This document shows, piece after piece, positions 1 through 11,580 of a DNA stretch of 64,000 bases. Origin of the DNA: Antedon mediterranea (lineage: Eukaryota > Animalia > Echinodermata); assembly GCF_964355755.1 (NCBI RefSeq), contig NC_092676.1, positions 3,449,888 to 3,513,887 of the forward strand, read 5' to 3'. The translations under genes and the position numbers were made by a program. Numbering within the stretch: position 1 is the stretch's first letter; every line of letters starts with the position of its first letter. Under the pieces are notes generated by a model that saw only the letters and a program-made list of their open reading frames with translations, searched no databases and was not told the origin of the DNA.

Positions 1-254
1 AAAACAAATAATAATTGTTGAATATTTATCCACACAAAGTGTGAAGTTGAGTACGAGAAGAATACAATAGATATACTGTTAATACAGTATAGTGAACATA
101 TCCATTGATGTCTATTTTATCACATTCAATATCAGTAAAACAAGTTTCTCCACGCCCAACAAAAAAGGGGACGAAAACAAAAATATTATGACAGAATGGA
201 AAACTAGTAAAAACGGTATAAAAAACATCTTAATTTAACCGTTAACACGACAAT

Positions 255-880
255 TGCTACGACAGGAAAGATAAAGTTATGTGGAGTGTTTTAACCAATC
301 ACAGTCACGAACTACTCAGCATTTACAACTTAAACTCTCACTCACCATACGCCTCCGACTGATAGACGTATATCACGCCCTCTGGAGGAAAAATGACAAT
401 GTATCAGGAAAGTATTTTTAAAGTATTACATCATTAATGTTGAATATTCAGTGGCGCTATTTCCTGATATTTTATTTCTGCAGTAATCAAGTTTATCACT
501 GGTGCTGAAGTAGATCATTCCAACTTATATAAAGACAAAATAAAGACACAAGTGCCAACGTTTAATGTTTGACTACGAATACAGGATCTAACCGTATACG
601 AAGTTATTTAGTATTGGATATAATGTTGGATTGAAGTGTTTATCAATTGAGCAGCATACGTGTGAACAAGCAAACATTATTTAATGTCTAAACATTATTA
701 CTGGTGTCTTTGAATCGTCGGAATAAGGAATATCATGTATAGGAATATTTGCGTAAATCTCAATTTGATAAGGAAGTTCCAATATTCGGACGTCAGTCGA
801 GGTGCCTTAGTCAGTATTGTACCATTCCTATTATAACAACGCGTGGGAACATCGACCGTCTTATGATATCTAATATTTAC
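255..880 (+). promoter_or_regulatory. Shared upstream block of g1, g6, g8 and g10 (putative promoter / 5' UTR)
   Basis: Recurs at about 25315, 32270 and 41100. Contains caggaaagataa (ETS plus GATA-like), ccaatca, and acgccctctggagg (CTCF-like on the minus strand, 375-388). Function is inferred from motifs only. Confidence 0.4.
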
Positions 881-884
881 TACA

Positions 885-2897
885 ATGTTTATAAAGACTT
901 ACCATCAACATTGTACATTGCTGTTGTACAAGTGCCTGGTTATATTGTATGGTATACTTCACTGTTGTTGTGCACAATCCTATACTTTTACAAAACAACC
1001 AAAATCTGTTCTTGTTGGACAAGGAAACACAGCATCGTTATCGTGTGAATGGAAACCAGCATTGAATGAAAACCATGTCGTTTACTGGTCAGCATACCCT
1101 CATGTTGATGGGTCGCAAGCAATCGATAGGTCAACTTTAAAGTACAATTTAACAACTATAGCAACATCTGCATATCTTTCCATTTTTAATGTTGATTACA
1201 ACGATGTAGGAAGATACAGGTGTGATATCTCGGAAGGTGGTGATTTATTCAGTCTTTCTGAAGAGGCTTCTGTAGTTCTAGGAGAAATAACGTGCAATCC
1301 AGAGAATGACAATGGTGAGATTGGAACAACGCTGACATGTTCTTATTTTACTTCTTATTATTCACGTGATATTGATTTACTATGGTATGAACACAGGAAA
1401 CAAATTACATCAGAAATGCAACAAAATAAGGCTATAAAATCAAGAGCTTTGACTGTTGAAGACGATGGAGCTGTATTTACTTGTACAGCCACAATTAGAT
1501 CTCAAAATCAAGTGATAGGAACTTGTAAAACTACTCCTCTAATATTGACTATAGCTGCCAAGATTGAACAATCACCGCCAGGTACACTTCAGGTTGGAGA
1601 TAGCTTTAACCTTACCTGCTCAGGGAAAGGTAATCCTGATTATTATAATTATACATGGACGTGGAATAACAAACCGGTAGGATCGTCACCAAATGAAAGA
1701 CGATTTTCAAAAGATAATGTGCTTACTGTGAATAGTGTTTCAAGCGGTGCAAATGGCAAAAAAGTTACTTGTACTATTAGTCGCAGTGGTCGTAACAGCA
1801 GCATAGCAACCTATACAGTGAACGTTACAGAGCAAATGACTACACGTTTGCAGTCGACATCTGGTACACCTACCCGCAACTCAATTACACGTCATCTAAC
1901 AACCAAAGTCCCTGATGACGTGTCCCCAACAGTAATGACAACACGTTTACAGTCGACACCAGGTACACATGCACACAAGCCAATTACGGTCGGACTATCA
2001 ACAACCAATGTCGCGCATGACGTTTCACCAGTAATGACTACACGTTTACAGTCGACACTTGGTACACGTACGTACAAGTCAATTACAGACCTATCAGAAA
2101 CTAATATCCAGGATATTAATTCTACAATAGTAATCATTGTCATCATTGGCGTAGTTGCGATAGCTCTTGTGATTTTGATAACAGCATTTATAATTTACTT
2201 TTTAAAGAAAAGGCACAAGAAACAGTACGACAAAGAAGAGACAAAACCCGAAAATGTACCATTGAAAGAACCAGTTTACGGTAACACTGAACAAAATATT
2301 AACAGTTCTGAAATAGATAATAATCTGTGTGAAAATGTGGAGACTATGTACGCAGAACCTGACATGTCAGCAAATGGGTGCCATGTTAAATATGACACAC
2401 TACAGAATGCAGTAAACATTGATAAAACTGATGATTATTTAGGTAAGCCAATGAAACCTAATGAAGCGAGTGATGCTAAGTCAAGAAAAAGGACAAGTGC
2501 CGAAAATACGGATATAATACAAGTAAGACCAACCGGACCAACCAAGGCCCACACTGTTAAAGAAAGTCTTGAAGATCTGTATTCTAAGCCTAACAAAAGG
2601 AATTCGAAAACGTTGATCGAGGCCCACAGTAAAGAGAATCTTGAAGATTTGTATACTAGGCCTAATAAGCCGACTGCAAGCAGACCAACCAACAATGTTA
2701 AAGAAAGTATTGAAGATCTGTATTCTAGGCCCAACAAACCAACGACAAGAACGCCAGATATTACGCACGAAGATCCTACTAAGAAAAACGTAGAAGGCTT
2801 AACGTACGCAGAAATAGAGTTTACAAGCGGTACGTTCCCAGCCCCTGAACCACAAGACTACGGGCTTGATTACGCAACTGTACAGATTAAGAAGTAA
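885..2897 (+). CDS. g1: single-ORF IgSF receptor (V type A, 2 C2-like Ig, mucin-like stalk, TM, tail T1 with 3x EDLYxxPNK and two C-terminal ITIMs)
   Basis: 670 aa ORF. Signal peptide ends HCCCAQ. Ig motifs LSCEW..W..DVGRYRC, LTC..LLWY..FTC and LTC..WTW..VTC. TTRLQST stalk repeats. TM IVIIVIIGVVAIALVILITAFIIYFL followed by KKRHKK. ITIM matches LTYAEI and LDYATV. Confidence 0.9.
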   Translation: MFIKTYHQHCTLLLYKCLVILYGILHCCCAQSYTFTKQPKSVLVGQGNTASLSCEWKPALNENHVVYWSAYPHVDGSQAIDRSTLKYNLTTIATSAYLSIFNVDYNDVGRYRCDISEGGDLFSLSEEASVVLGEITCNPENDNGEIGTTLTCSYFTSYYSRDIDLLWYEHRKQITSEMQQNKAIKSRALTVEDDGAVFTCTATIRSQNQVIGTCKTTPLILTIAAKIEQSPPGTLQVGDSFNLTCSGKGNPDYYNYTWTWNNKPVGSSPNERRFSKDNVLTVNSVSSGANGKKVTCTISRSGRNSSIATYTVNVTEQMTTRLQSTSGTPTRNSITRHLTTKVPDDVSPTVMTTRLQSTPGTHAHKPITVGLSTTNVAHDVSPVMTTRLQSTLGTRTYKSITDLSETNIQDINSTIVIIVIIGVVAIALVILITAFIIYFLKKRHKKQYDKEETKPENVPLKEPVYGNTEQNINSSEIDNNLCENVETMYAEPDMSANGCHVKYDTLQNAVNIDKTDDYLGKPMKPNEASDAKSRKRTSAENTDIIQVRPTGPTKAHTVKESLEDLYSKPNKRNSKTLIEAHSKENLEDLYTRPNKPTASRPTNNVKESIEDLYSRPNKPTTRTPDITHEDPTKKNVEGLTYAEIEFTSGTFPAPEPQDYGLDYATVQIKK

Positions 2898-4041
2898 CGT
2901 AATATTGTTACGTAACCGTTACGTATTTACCGTTTACGTTGTAACAATTTTGAATACGTTTATCATTAACACATGTAGCAGAAATCAATATTAATCAACC
3001 TTCGGTATGTGACCTTACCATTTGGTCAAATCGCTCGTGACAGATTTATGCAATGTGTATGTAGGCCTAAGATTAAAATAGAAGATTTAAAATAACAGAC
3101 ATTATCAGAGTTGTTTCTGTAACTTTGTATACAGTTTTTCATATAATTGAGATAAAGTACCATAATATTCTATGATAAATAAATACATAAATAGCCTGGA
3201 TGCATTACAGCCACTATAAATATATAATTTAATAAAAGAACACTTGTTGGTAATTGTAAATATTACAGATGTACAGTCAAATAACTCTTAGATATCATAG
3301 CTTTAAATCCGTTTACTTAATAATAAACGTATTGTAGTTGAATACGGTTGCTTATCTATTTTGGTATTTAATTTAATATAATCAATCTTGTGCTATGTAG
3401 GCCTAATTAACCTTGCGCATATAAATAAGTTACTTAATATATTTTTTTATTTTAAAGAAACTGATGTAGGCCTACAGTATACCGTTGTATTTTAATGAAT
3501 ACTAGCAGAACAAGAACATCTCGAAAATGGATGTTTAGTTATTATCATTATATAATTGATTTATATTGATTAGATAGCTTAATATTATTGATTATGAAAT
3601 TAAAGTTATTGATTATATATTTGATATTGATTGTTATTGGGGTTTTTTTCAAGAGAAAGCCAAAAATGTGTGAGTTATTTTTTGTTCTTGTATGAGGAAA
3701 CAAACTGAAATAAATTATTTTAAAAATGAGGAGATTGAAACAACACTGACGAGATCAAGGAAGTACAGGAAACAATTAGCAACAGTTTTGAGTTATATAA
3801 ACACTAATATGAATGTACGAGGTTAGAGATTGGTGGTTACATTAATTCCCTTTCTGTTGATGGTACTTCGGACAATTCTCCCCGAGTGTTCAACAAGTCG
3901 GACTTCCGGAAAAAAGTAATTCAACATTACAGCAATTCCTACATGATCAAAAAAAAAAGAAGAAAAATGAAATAATTGAAAAAGTTTAAAATTAGTTGGA
4001 GATTGATGGTTTACTTTACTGTGGTAATTCGTTTAACTCTT

Positions 4042-4198
4042 AAGCTCTGTCTACACTATCAAACTAGTTTGACGAAAAAGGTGTGATGTGCCCAAATATG
4101 GTAGTGATATTCCAAAATATGGTAGTGGTATATCATGTCCATATATGGGAACATCACATTTTGTTGTCACATGAAGTTTGGTAGTGTAGACAAAGCTT
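4042..4198. mobile_element. Short MITE (other copies at about 5035-5182, 46250-46381, 50692-50843)
   Basis: TIRs aagctctgtctacactatcaaact / agtttggtagtgtagacaaagctt, with internal ccaaatatggtagtg repeats. Confidence 0.8.
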
Positions 4199-5424
4199 TA
4201 GTGTTTTTAAAAAATGACCCACATATCTCATTTTACTTGAAATCCATATACAATTTAAATTTCAAAGATTTTTTTTAATCTTTGGTGGTTCACCACCACC
4301 TTTATTCATTCAATGTTTCATTACATAATCTCTAAACATTTTCTACCTTTTTTCATTATTTTCTGTTTTTCCTCATTGATATCATAATTTTAACCTTTAG
4401 TACCATACCATTAATACAAAGTATTTACTTTTTAACATTCTTTTTTTTTAAATCCTCTATTTACAATAATAATAATAACCAATTGTATATTAATTAAAAT
4501 ACTTATTATTATACTTGTTTCTGCTTTCGGTTTTTCTTAGCTTGTGGTTCATCAATATTTTGCCTTGAATATTTAAAAGAGTGCACTGCGGTAATTATAC
4601 CGGTAGGCCTCCTGCAATGGTAATAAGTTAAAACCAAACCAACTTCTCTTTCTCGATACTGAAGTAAAACTATAATTTATAACGCTTTCGATTTAAATTC
4701 CAAAGATAAAAACCCACACAAAGTAACGCAAAACGTCAAAGTATGCTGTTTTTGCTTTAGATTTTCCTTCGTGGTTCATCAATATTGTACCGGTACTGCT
4801 GCAGGTAACAGTTAAACCCAAACCAAATTCTCGCTCTCCATACTGATAGTAAACTCTAATTTAAAGACTAAAACTAACGCCTTCGAGGAAGCAACGGCAA
4901 TGGAAATTAAAGGGCGACTTATTTTACTTAATTCGTTTTTTATGACATTAAATGGTCGCACAGACACTTCTGTTCATATCAAAACAAACAAGTTACGAAA
5001 ACAGTAAGCCCTAATAAGGAAACAAGAGCATATGAAGCACTGTCCACACTATCTAACTTTATGTAACAAGTTATTGCCCATAAACGGACATGATGATGTC
5101 ACATCACTACCATATTTGGGCATACCACTACCATGGGCACATCACACTTTTGTTGTCAAACTAGTTTGATAGTGTAGACAGATGCTGGTTGGACCAAAAA
5201 TAGATCGGAAATGAAAAATCGGAACATAAAGGCTTGCTTCTAAGTGTTCTCTATGTCTTGTCGTCACTTGGAGGGTAAACATATTATTATGTACACTTCT
5301 CTCCCAGGCTAGGTCACTGCGTATATTGTTACAGTATTTCTATCTATGTTCAGTATTATATACTTTCTTATTTACATACCACCTGTCTGGTATATAAGTA
5401 CTCTAGGCGTTGTTTTCTGTTCTT

Positions 5425-5456
5425 CTGATGATGAGAATTGTTTCTCGAAACATGTC
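5425..5456 (+). ncRNA. Minimal hammerhead-ribozyme-like motif, probable Penelope-like remnant (duplicate at 50979-51010)
   Basis: CTGATGA-t-gagaa(ttgt)ttctc-GAAA-CATGTC with palindromic ACATGT. Stem I pairing is not evident. Confidence 0.45.
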
Positions 5457-6138
5457 ACATTTTAAGGCAGTTTGCCTATTCGTTAAATGCCTCGCTATAT
5501 TCATATTAACTCGTAAGTTCGGTGGAATGATTCATGATTTATCTATTATATAATATGATTGTATGATTACCGTTGTTTTGATAGTAGTAAATGAATTTAG
5601 AAATATCTCTTTACTACACCAATCGGTATAAAATAAAACTGAGATAATAAGAATTTATTTATTTCAGTTAGTCTTATTTCTGAAGAAGCTGTGCGTGTGA
5701 AGTATAGAACAACAGTGTCAAGGTAAAACATCCAAGTATTTTCATTTCGATTGGTTTGTTAAAAATGTCTAAATTCCTAATCCGGAGGTAATTAAGTAAA
5801 TAAACACTGTATGGGGCATCATTGTATTATCACTGGATAACATACCACGCAATATAATAATAACACATATGAAACGATCTTCTAAAATAACTTTATAATC
5901 GGATAAACAATTATTTCTATATGATTGGATATTGTATTGGGCACAAATGAAATCATATCGCGTGAGGCTTTAGTAATAATGTCTTTCAAAAGAATGCGTT
6001 AAAACATCAACTATTCTTACATTGTAGTCATTACCATAAATGATTGGAATCTACAATAGTCCTAAACAATCTCAATTTTGGTAAGGAAGTTACTTTAAAC
6101 CGATCAAAAGCAATATTTGAGAATTGACATTCACAAGA

Positions 6139-7854
6139 ATGGCTCATTCTCAATATTGGACATTGCTGTTCTTCAAGTTTCTGATTATATTTCATATATC
6201 TCACTGTTGTCGTGCGCAGTACTACAATTTTACAGAACATCCACAATCGGTTCTCGTTGCAGACGGACAAACTACAACGCTATCGTGTGAATGGACACCA
6301 TCATTGAATAACAACCATCTCGTAACATGGACATACGATCGTGTTAATAGTCCTAAACGAATTGAAATTTCAGATACAAAATACGCATTAATGAACGAAG
6401 CAACATCTTCAAGTCTTTCCATTTCTAATGTTGGCTCTGGTGACGTAGGCAACTACATTTGTGAGATATTCGAATGTGATTCATACAACAGTGTCTCATC
6501 TTCTACATTTGCTTCTCTAGTATTAGGAGAATTGATATGTAATCCGGAGAATATTGTTGATATAGGAACAACGCTGATATGCTCCTTCACCTCTTCTGAT
6601 AATTCATATATTATTAATTTACTATGGTATAACAACGGAAAACAAATAACTTCGGGACAACAACAAAACAATGATTTAGAATCAACGGCTCTGACTGCCG
6701 AAGACGAAGGAGGTGTATTTACTTGTAAAGCCACTATCGGATTTCAAAGTCAAGCGACAGGAACTTGTGAAACTACTCCACTAGTATTTCCAATAGATGC
6801 AGAGATTCAACAATCACCACCAGGTCCACTTCAGGTTGGTGATAGCTTTAATCTTACCTGCGTAGGGAAAGGTAATCCTGAAAATTATAATTACGAATGG
6901 ACGTGGAATAACAACCCAGTAGAATCTATGACAGATAGTCGATTTGCAATTGGCAATATGGTTATTGTGAATACTGTATCAGGCAGTGACAATGGCAAAA
7001 TGGTTTCTTGTACTATTAGTAGTAGTGGTTACAGAAGTATAGCGAGCTATACAATAAACATTTTGGATGAGACGTCGAGTACAACTACAAGTATGTCGAC
7101 ACCAGATAGGCCTACACGTACGCAAAAACCAATTACGGCGGTCAGACTCACAATACCTGATGACCCGGATGACATTTCAACAACAGTAATGACTACACGT
7201 TTAAAGTCGACACTAGATACACGTACGCAAAAACCAATTACGGTCAGACTCACAACACATAATGTTCCGGATGACATTTCAACAACAGCAATGACTACAC
7301 CAGGTACACGTTTGCAAAAACCAATTACACATCAACTCACAACACATAAAGTCTCGGAAGACGTTTCCGCAACAGTAGACCTAATGAATACACGTTTAAA
7401 CACAACACCTGTTACTGTAACGCGTTCTATTACAGAAATCCTAACGGTTGTAATTATCGTAGTTGCAATTTTACTCGTCGTTTCTTTGATAATAATAATA
7501 AGCCTATGTGTTTATTTGCAAAAAAGAAAAAAGAAAAACACAACTCCTTCAAATCGACTGTCAAATAATCTTGAGCACGTTTACTATGACATTACGTCAT
7601 CTAGCGCACACGTGACCTCGACAGCCAGTAACACTAAGTATGATTATGTCATACACCCGTTCACACGAAATACGGAAGAATCCACTCCTGAGTACCTTGA
7701 ATTGGACGATGGTTTCCAAGATGGCGCACCAAAATCAGCAAGTAATACAGCCGCTGATTACGATGATGTTGCATCGGAACAAACAGATACTAATAACAAA
7801 GAGTACAAATACGAAAATGGTATGCTGCGGGATAAAGGTATCAGAGAGACATAA
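6139..7854 (+). CDS. g2: IgSF receptor (V type B, tail T2)
   Basis: The ORF track starts at TTG 6124; the first ATG at 6139 (MAHSQYW) matches paralog starts. Three Ig domains, about 4 stalk units, TM VVIIVVAILLVVSLIIIISLCVYL. Tail motifs YYDI, YDYV, EYLEL, DYDDV, YEN. Confidence 0.9.
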   Translation: MAHSQYWTLLFFKFLIIFHISHCCRAQYYNFTEHPQSVLVADGQTTTLSCEWTPSLNNNHLVTWTYDRVNSPKRIEISDTKYALMNEATSSSLSISNVGSGDVGNYICEIFECDSYNSVSSSTFASLVLGELICNPENIVDIGTTLICSFTSSDNSYIINLLWYNNGKQITSGQQQNNDLESTALTAEDEGGVFTCKATIGFQSQATGTCETTPLVFPIDAEIQQSPPGPLQVGDSFNLTCVGKGNPENYNYEWTWNNNPVESMTDSRFAIGNMVIVNTVSGSDNGKMVSCTISSSGYRSIASYTINILDETSSTTTSMSTPDRPTRTQKPITAVRLTIPDDPDDISTTVMTTRLKSTLDTRTQKPITVRLTTHNVPDDISTTAMTTPGTRLQKPITHQLTTHKVSEDVSATVDLMNTRLNTTPVTVTRSITEILTVVIIVVAILLVVSLIIIISLCVYLQKRKKKNTTPSNRLSNNLEHVYYDITSSSAHVTSTASNTKYDYVIHPFTRNTEESTPEYLELDDGFQDGAPKSASNTAADYDDVASEQTDTNNKEYKYENGMLRDKGIRET

Positions 7855-8076
7855 CAAAATAAAGTACGCAACTATCAATTTTCTACGCATGTATTGGAAC
7901 TACGATTACGTCACATTGGTGCGTACACGGCGTTGTTTGCTGATTAACGAGTCAATCGTGTACGAAAATTGTCTGATTTATATCTAAAGCAAACGTTAGA
8001 AGCATACAGTATGAAACTTAATCAAATAAATCAATCATTGTATAGAAACAACTATCCCCACAGAGGTCTTGTTTAA

Positions 8077-9469
8077 AGTGGAGCTCCACCCAGAAAATTA
8101 CTATATTTCATACATTTCAACTATTATTTAAAAATATCATCCCTTATACTTCATATTTTTTTGAAATTTTTTTCAATGAGTACGATTTTCTTGAAAATCA
8201 CGCCTTTTTGCGTTTTGGGGGGATACCTTGTAATTTCCTATTCTTTTACATGCAAAAGGGGGGTATATTTGAATAATCCTAAAAAATTCATTTCTTCACC
8301 AAAAAAAAAATGTAAAATATGTATTTATGTAATTTTTCCAGATCTTTCTATTTCTGGTATTTTTATCACGTATACATTGCGCAATTTTGCGTAAATAGAC
8401 ACTTTCCCCCGTTCGGGTCCAATTGGGTTTTTTATTTTGCTAGGGAGTACGATCACGTGACATTTTTCACAATCACACTACTGCAGCTGGCGATCTGTTA
8501 TTTTGTCACGATGTTATTTTTGACGGGCGAAAAGTATATTAAAACATTCTGAATGTGACCCTATTATGTTTCACAGTGTAATAATGTGATTATGAGATTA
8601 TTACTAAAATGTCAAATTTAACGAGATTTGAGAAAGATGTGGCTATATATTCAATAAAGCTAGGCCTAGGCCTACTAGAGTGTAGGTATGTACCGATGCT
8701 GCTTAGAGTGGCTTGGCCTCAGGCGCTAGCTAGGCTAGGCTGACAGCAGTGAAGTTTGTTTTGCTGTCACCCGACCTTGGCCTACCCATGGGCCATGATA
8801 GGGTGCCTGAATAGTTTCTTTTCAGTCAGGTCTAAGCTTGCACATCGCTTTACTATTCTTTACTACTCTTTACTACTCTTTTTCTGTATAGGATTTTGTG
8901 TTTCACAATTCTTAATATGCGAGAAAACCCAGGAACGATAAATGGGGCGAAACGACCATGCCTATGAATACATAGGCCTCTAGACAAAAATTCAAGGCTA
9001 GCTAGGCTGAGCAGACGGCTTAGCTAGGCCTAGCCCTACCTAGCTTAAAGTTAAAAGCAATCTGATAAGATTATAATGCTGCTGTTGTACAGTGAAAATC
9101 ATGAGGTTACATGTAAATTATACTGACATTCTTATCGGAAATATTACTTAGGCCTAAACAAATCGTATTAATTGTGTGTATAAAATTTATTCCCCATTTT
9201 TCGACACATAATTTACCAAAGGGAAGAAATTTCCACAATGCGTTCACAGTCGCTAAGTGTAACGCGTTTCGCGACGTATTGTAAACTAATAACCCCTAAG
9301 TTACTGAAAAACTGTAATTTGTTAAAAAACACTATTTTCTGACCGCTTTTTTAGAAATGAGTTTTTGGAAAATATTTCCGTATTTTTCCTGTTTTTTTTT
9401 ATGTAATCACTTTCAATTAAACATACTTAAACATAATATAAGCTGAGAAAGTCTGAGTGTAGCTCCACT
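8077..9469. mobile_element. Non-autonomous DNA transposon, Kolobok-like
   Basis: TTAA on both sides. TIRs agtggagctccac / gtgtagctccact. Empty site gtcttgtttaacatat at about 57070-57086. Confidence 0.8.
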
Positions 9470-10292
9470 TTAACATATAACATATCTGCCAAGATAAACA
9501 AGTAAATTGTAATTCTCATTATAATGGACTGTAACATGGATCTAGTTTAAGTTTTAAAAAGGATATGCTTTTAAATAAATTGTTATATAATATTATAACA
9601 TTTATTGTATATAAACCACTACCACCACCATGGTCTAATATAAATCTAAATAAATAATTGTACAGTTATACACATTTAAAATAGAATAAACTGTAGGCAG
9701 TTAGGCGTTATAGCAAAACATTAATTAAGCTTGTATAGACGCAACAAAAGCGAGTTGACCAATGACAAGCGACAGTTCGAATAATACATTGCTTATGATT
9801 GATCAAATCGCTTACGTTGCTTTAAGTCCTTGTGTTGCGTCTCTAGTGGGAACCAAGCATTAGGGGAAAATGTACGCAATAGTAGTACAAAAATTATATA
9901 TTATTTAAGGAAGCAATATAGATGAACAGGTTATGGTTAAATAACATAGTATAAAATGACTCTAAGTAACGAGAGGAAAGCCATGATTCAAAGTTGATAT
10001 TTATTTGATCATCATCAGGAGTCGATGATCAAATAAAAATTGAAACGTTGAACCATGGTTTGCATCTCCTTATTATTTAAGGAAACAATAACACTAGATT
10101 ATTAACGAGCAATACGACAAGAATAACACAGAAATTAGGAAGGCAGGAAGTTTTACGAAACTATTTTAAAATGTATTGGTTTATCAAGTTGTCCGGTATC
10201 GTGTTTTGTTTTCACTTTCATGATGTTTCTAAGTGTACAATGAACGAATAAAATAATGCCAGTCAATTATCTATCAACATATTATTGGTTAA

Positions 10293-10694
10293 AGGCCCAT
10301 TTACACTAGGACGATAACGATCGGCGATAAATAGATAAGCATGCATTTTTTTTTTACATAAAACAAAAGAATTTAGAAAGGTTTTCGTTCTAGAATTATA
10401 GAATACTCATTTATGCTGTCTTTGATAAAAATAATATTTTAAAAAATCCAATCAAATGACGTCATGATCAATAAAACCAAAAAAAGTCGTTGTATTGTTA
10501 CGATATTATTGCTCTTACTAATCATGACGTTATTTGATTGGACATGTGAAAATATCACTTTCATCAAATTAAGCATAGATGGTTCCTAAATAGTTCTAGA
10601 ATAAAAACTTTTTAGATTTCTTTTGTTTTATGTATGAACAATGCATATTTGTTTATTTATCGTCGATCTTTATCGTCCTAGTGTAAACGGGCCT
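10293..10694. mobile_element. Fold-back MITE, PIF/Harbinger-like
   Basis: Long TIRs aggcccatttacactaggacgataa / ttatcgtcctagtgtaaacgggcct. TAA on both sides. Absent from the paralogous site at about 57905. Confidence 0.8.
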
Positions 10695-10697
10695 TAA

Positions 10698-11291
10698 AGC
10701 TCAGGTACAGGCATGAATTTTAAATATAATATCTGGTTAATTGTACATAAATCAAATATTTGTAACAGAAATCAAGACGAAAAAACATGAATTTCCCTTA
10801 ATAGTCAAATACAAAATTTGGCAAAATTCTGCCATAAAAACCAGGAAGACTTTTTTTCAGTAGTTAGGTAGTATAACCTAATGTAATAACAAGTCTGATG
10901 ACTCCCTAGAAAGTGAAACAAGATGGTGGATATACGGTGGATAATTTTTGCTATAGCATGAAAATAAAAATCTGAAGTTGAATAAAAATACCAGAAATGT
11001 AAAATTCAAGTTATATTACCTATATTTAGTCATCTGATAACATTTTTTACCACACCGTTTATTTTTCATAGCTTTTTAAAATGCCTCTCTATTTACAAAA
11101 TTTGTGTTCAAAATAATAGAGATTTTACTGTGTAATTTGAACTATCCCTCCACTGATAAGAAAGTGCTTATTTTCAATAAGCTCGTGTAACACAAATAAA
11201 ATCCCAAAAAATTATGAAACATAGGGGAAACTATAGATCGATAATTATTGGAATGTATGATCAATAGAAATTGTTTGCCCGCACCTGGCCT
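10698..11291. mobile_element. Second Kolobok-like non-autonomous element
   Basis: Imperfect TIRs agctcaggtacaggca / tgcccgcacctggcct with a TTAA target. Empty site attggttaaggaaa at 57901. Confidence 0.7.
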
Positions 11292-11369
11292 TTAAGGAAA
11301 GGAATTATAATATATGTACCCTAAATGATATAAGGAATACAAACTTACATTGGCTAAAAAGTTGTATGG

Positions 11370-11580
11370 TACACCCTAAACATTGGACTATGGTATTTTA
11401 CAAAATTATGCTTGATTACATTTAAGTATTATACACTTGTTAAAAACCACCGATATCGGTTATCGTTGCAAAAAGACAAATAACAAAGTCATCGTGTGAA
11501 TGGGCACCAGAAGTTTATGCAAACGATGTACTGAATTATGGTATAGATGGAGTGGTAAACAATTTATAAATTCAGAAACA
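11370..11580 (+). pseudogene. Old degraded signal-peptide/V-domain remnant (duplicate at about 57995-58110 plus 60009-60120)
   Basis: aacattggactatg..., gttatcgttgcaaaa... and tcatcgtgtgaatgggcaccag resemble QHWTLL, VLVA and SCEWTP coding sequence. Confidence 0.6.

Noticed and set aside
2895-2945. Cluster of ttacgtaa palindromes right after the g1 and g10 stops
   Set aside because: Present only in two recent duplicates, with no independent evidence of function.
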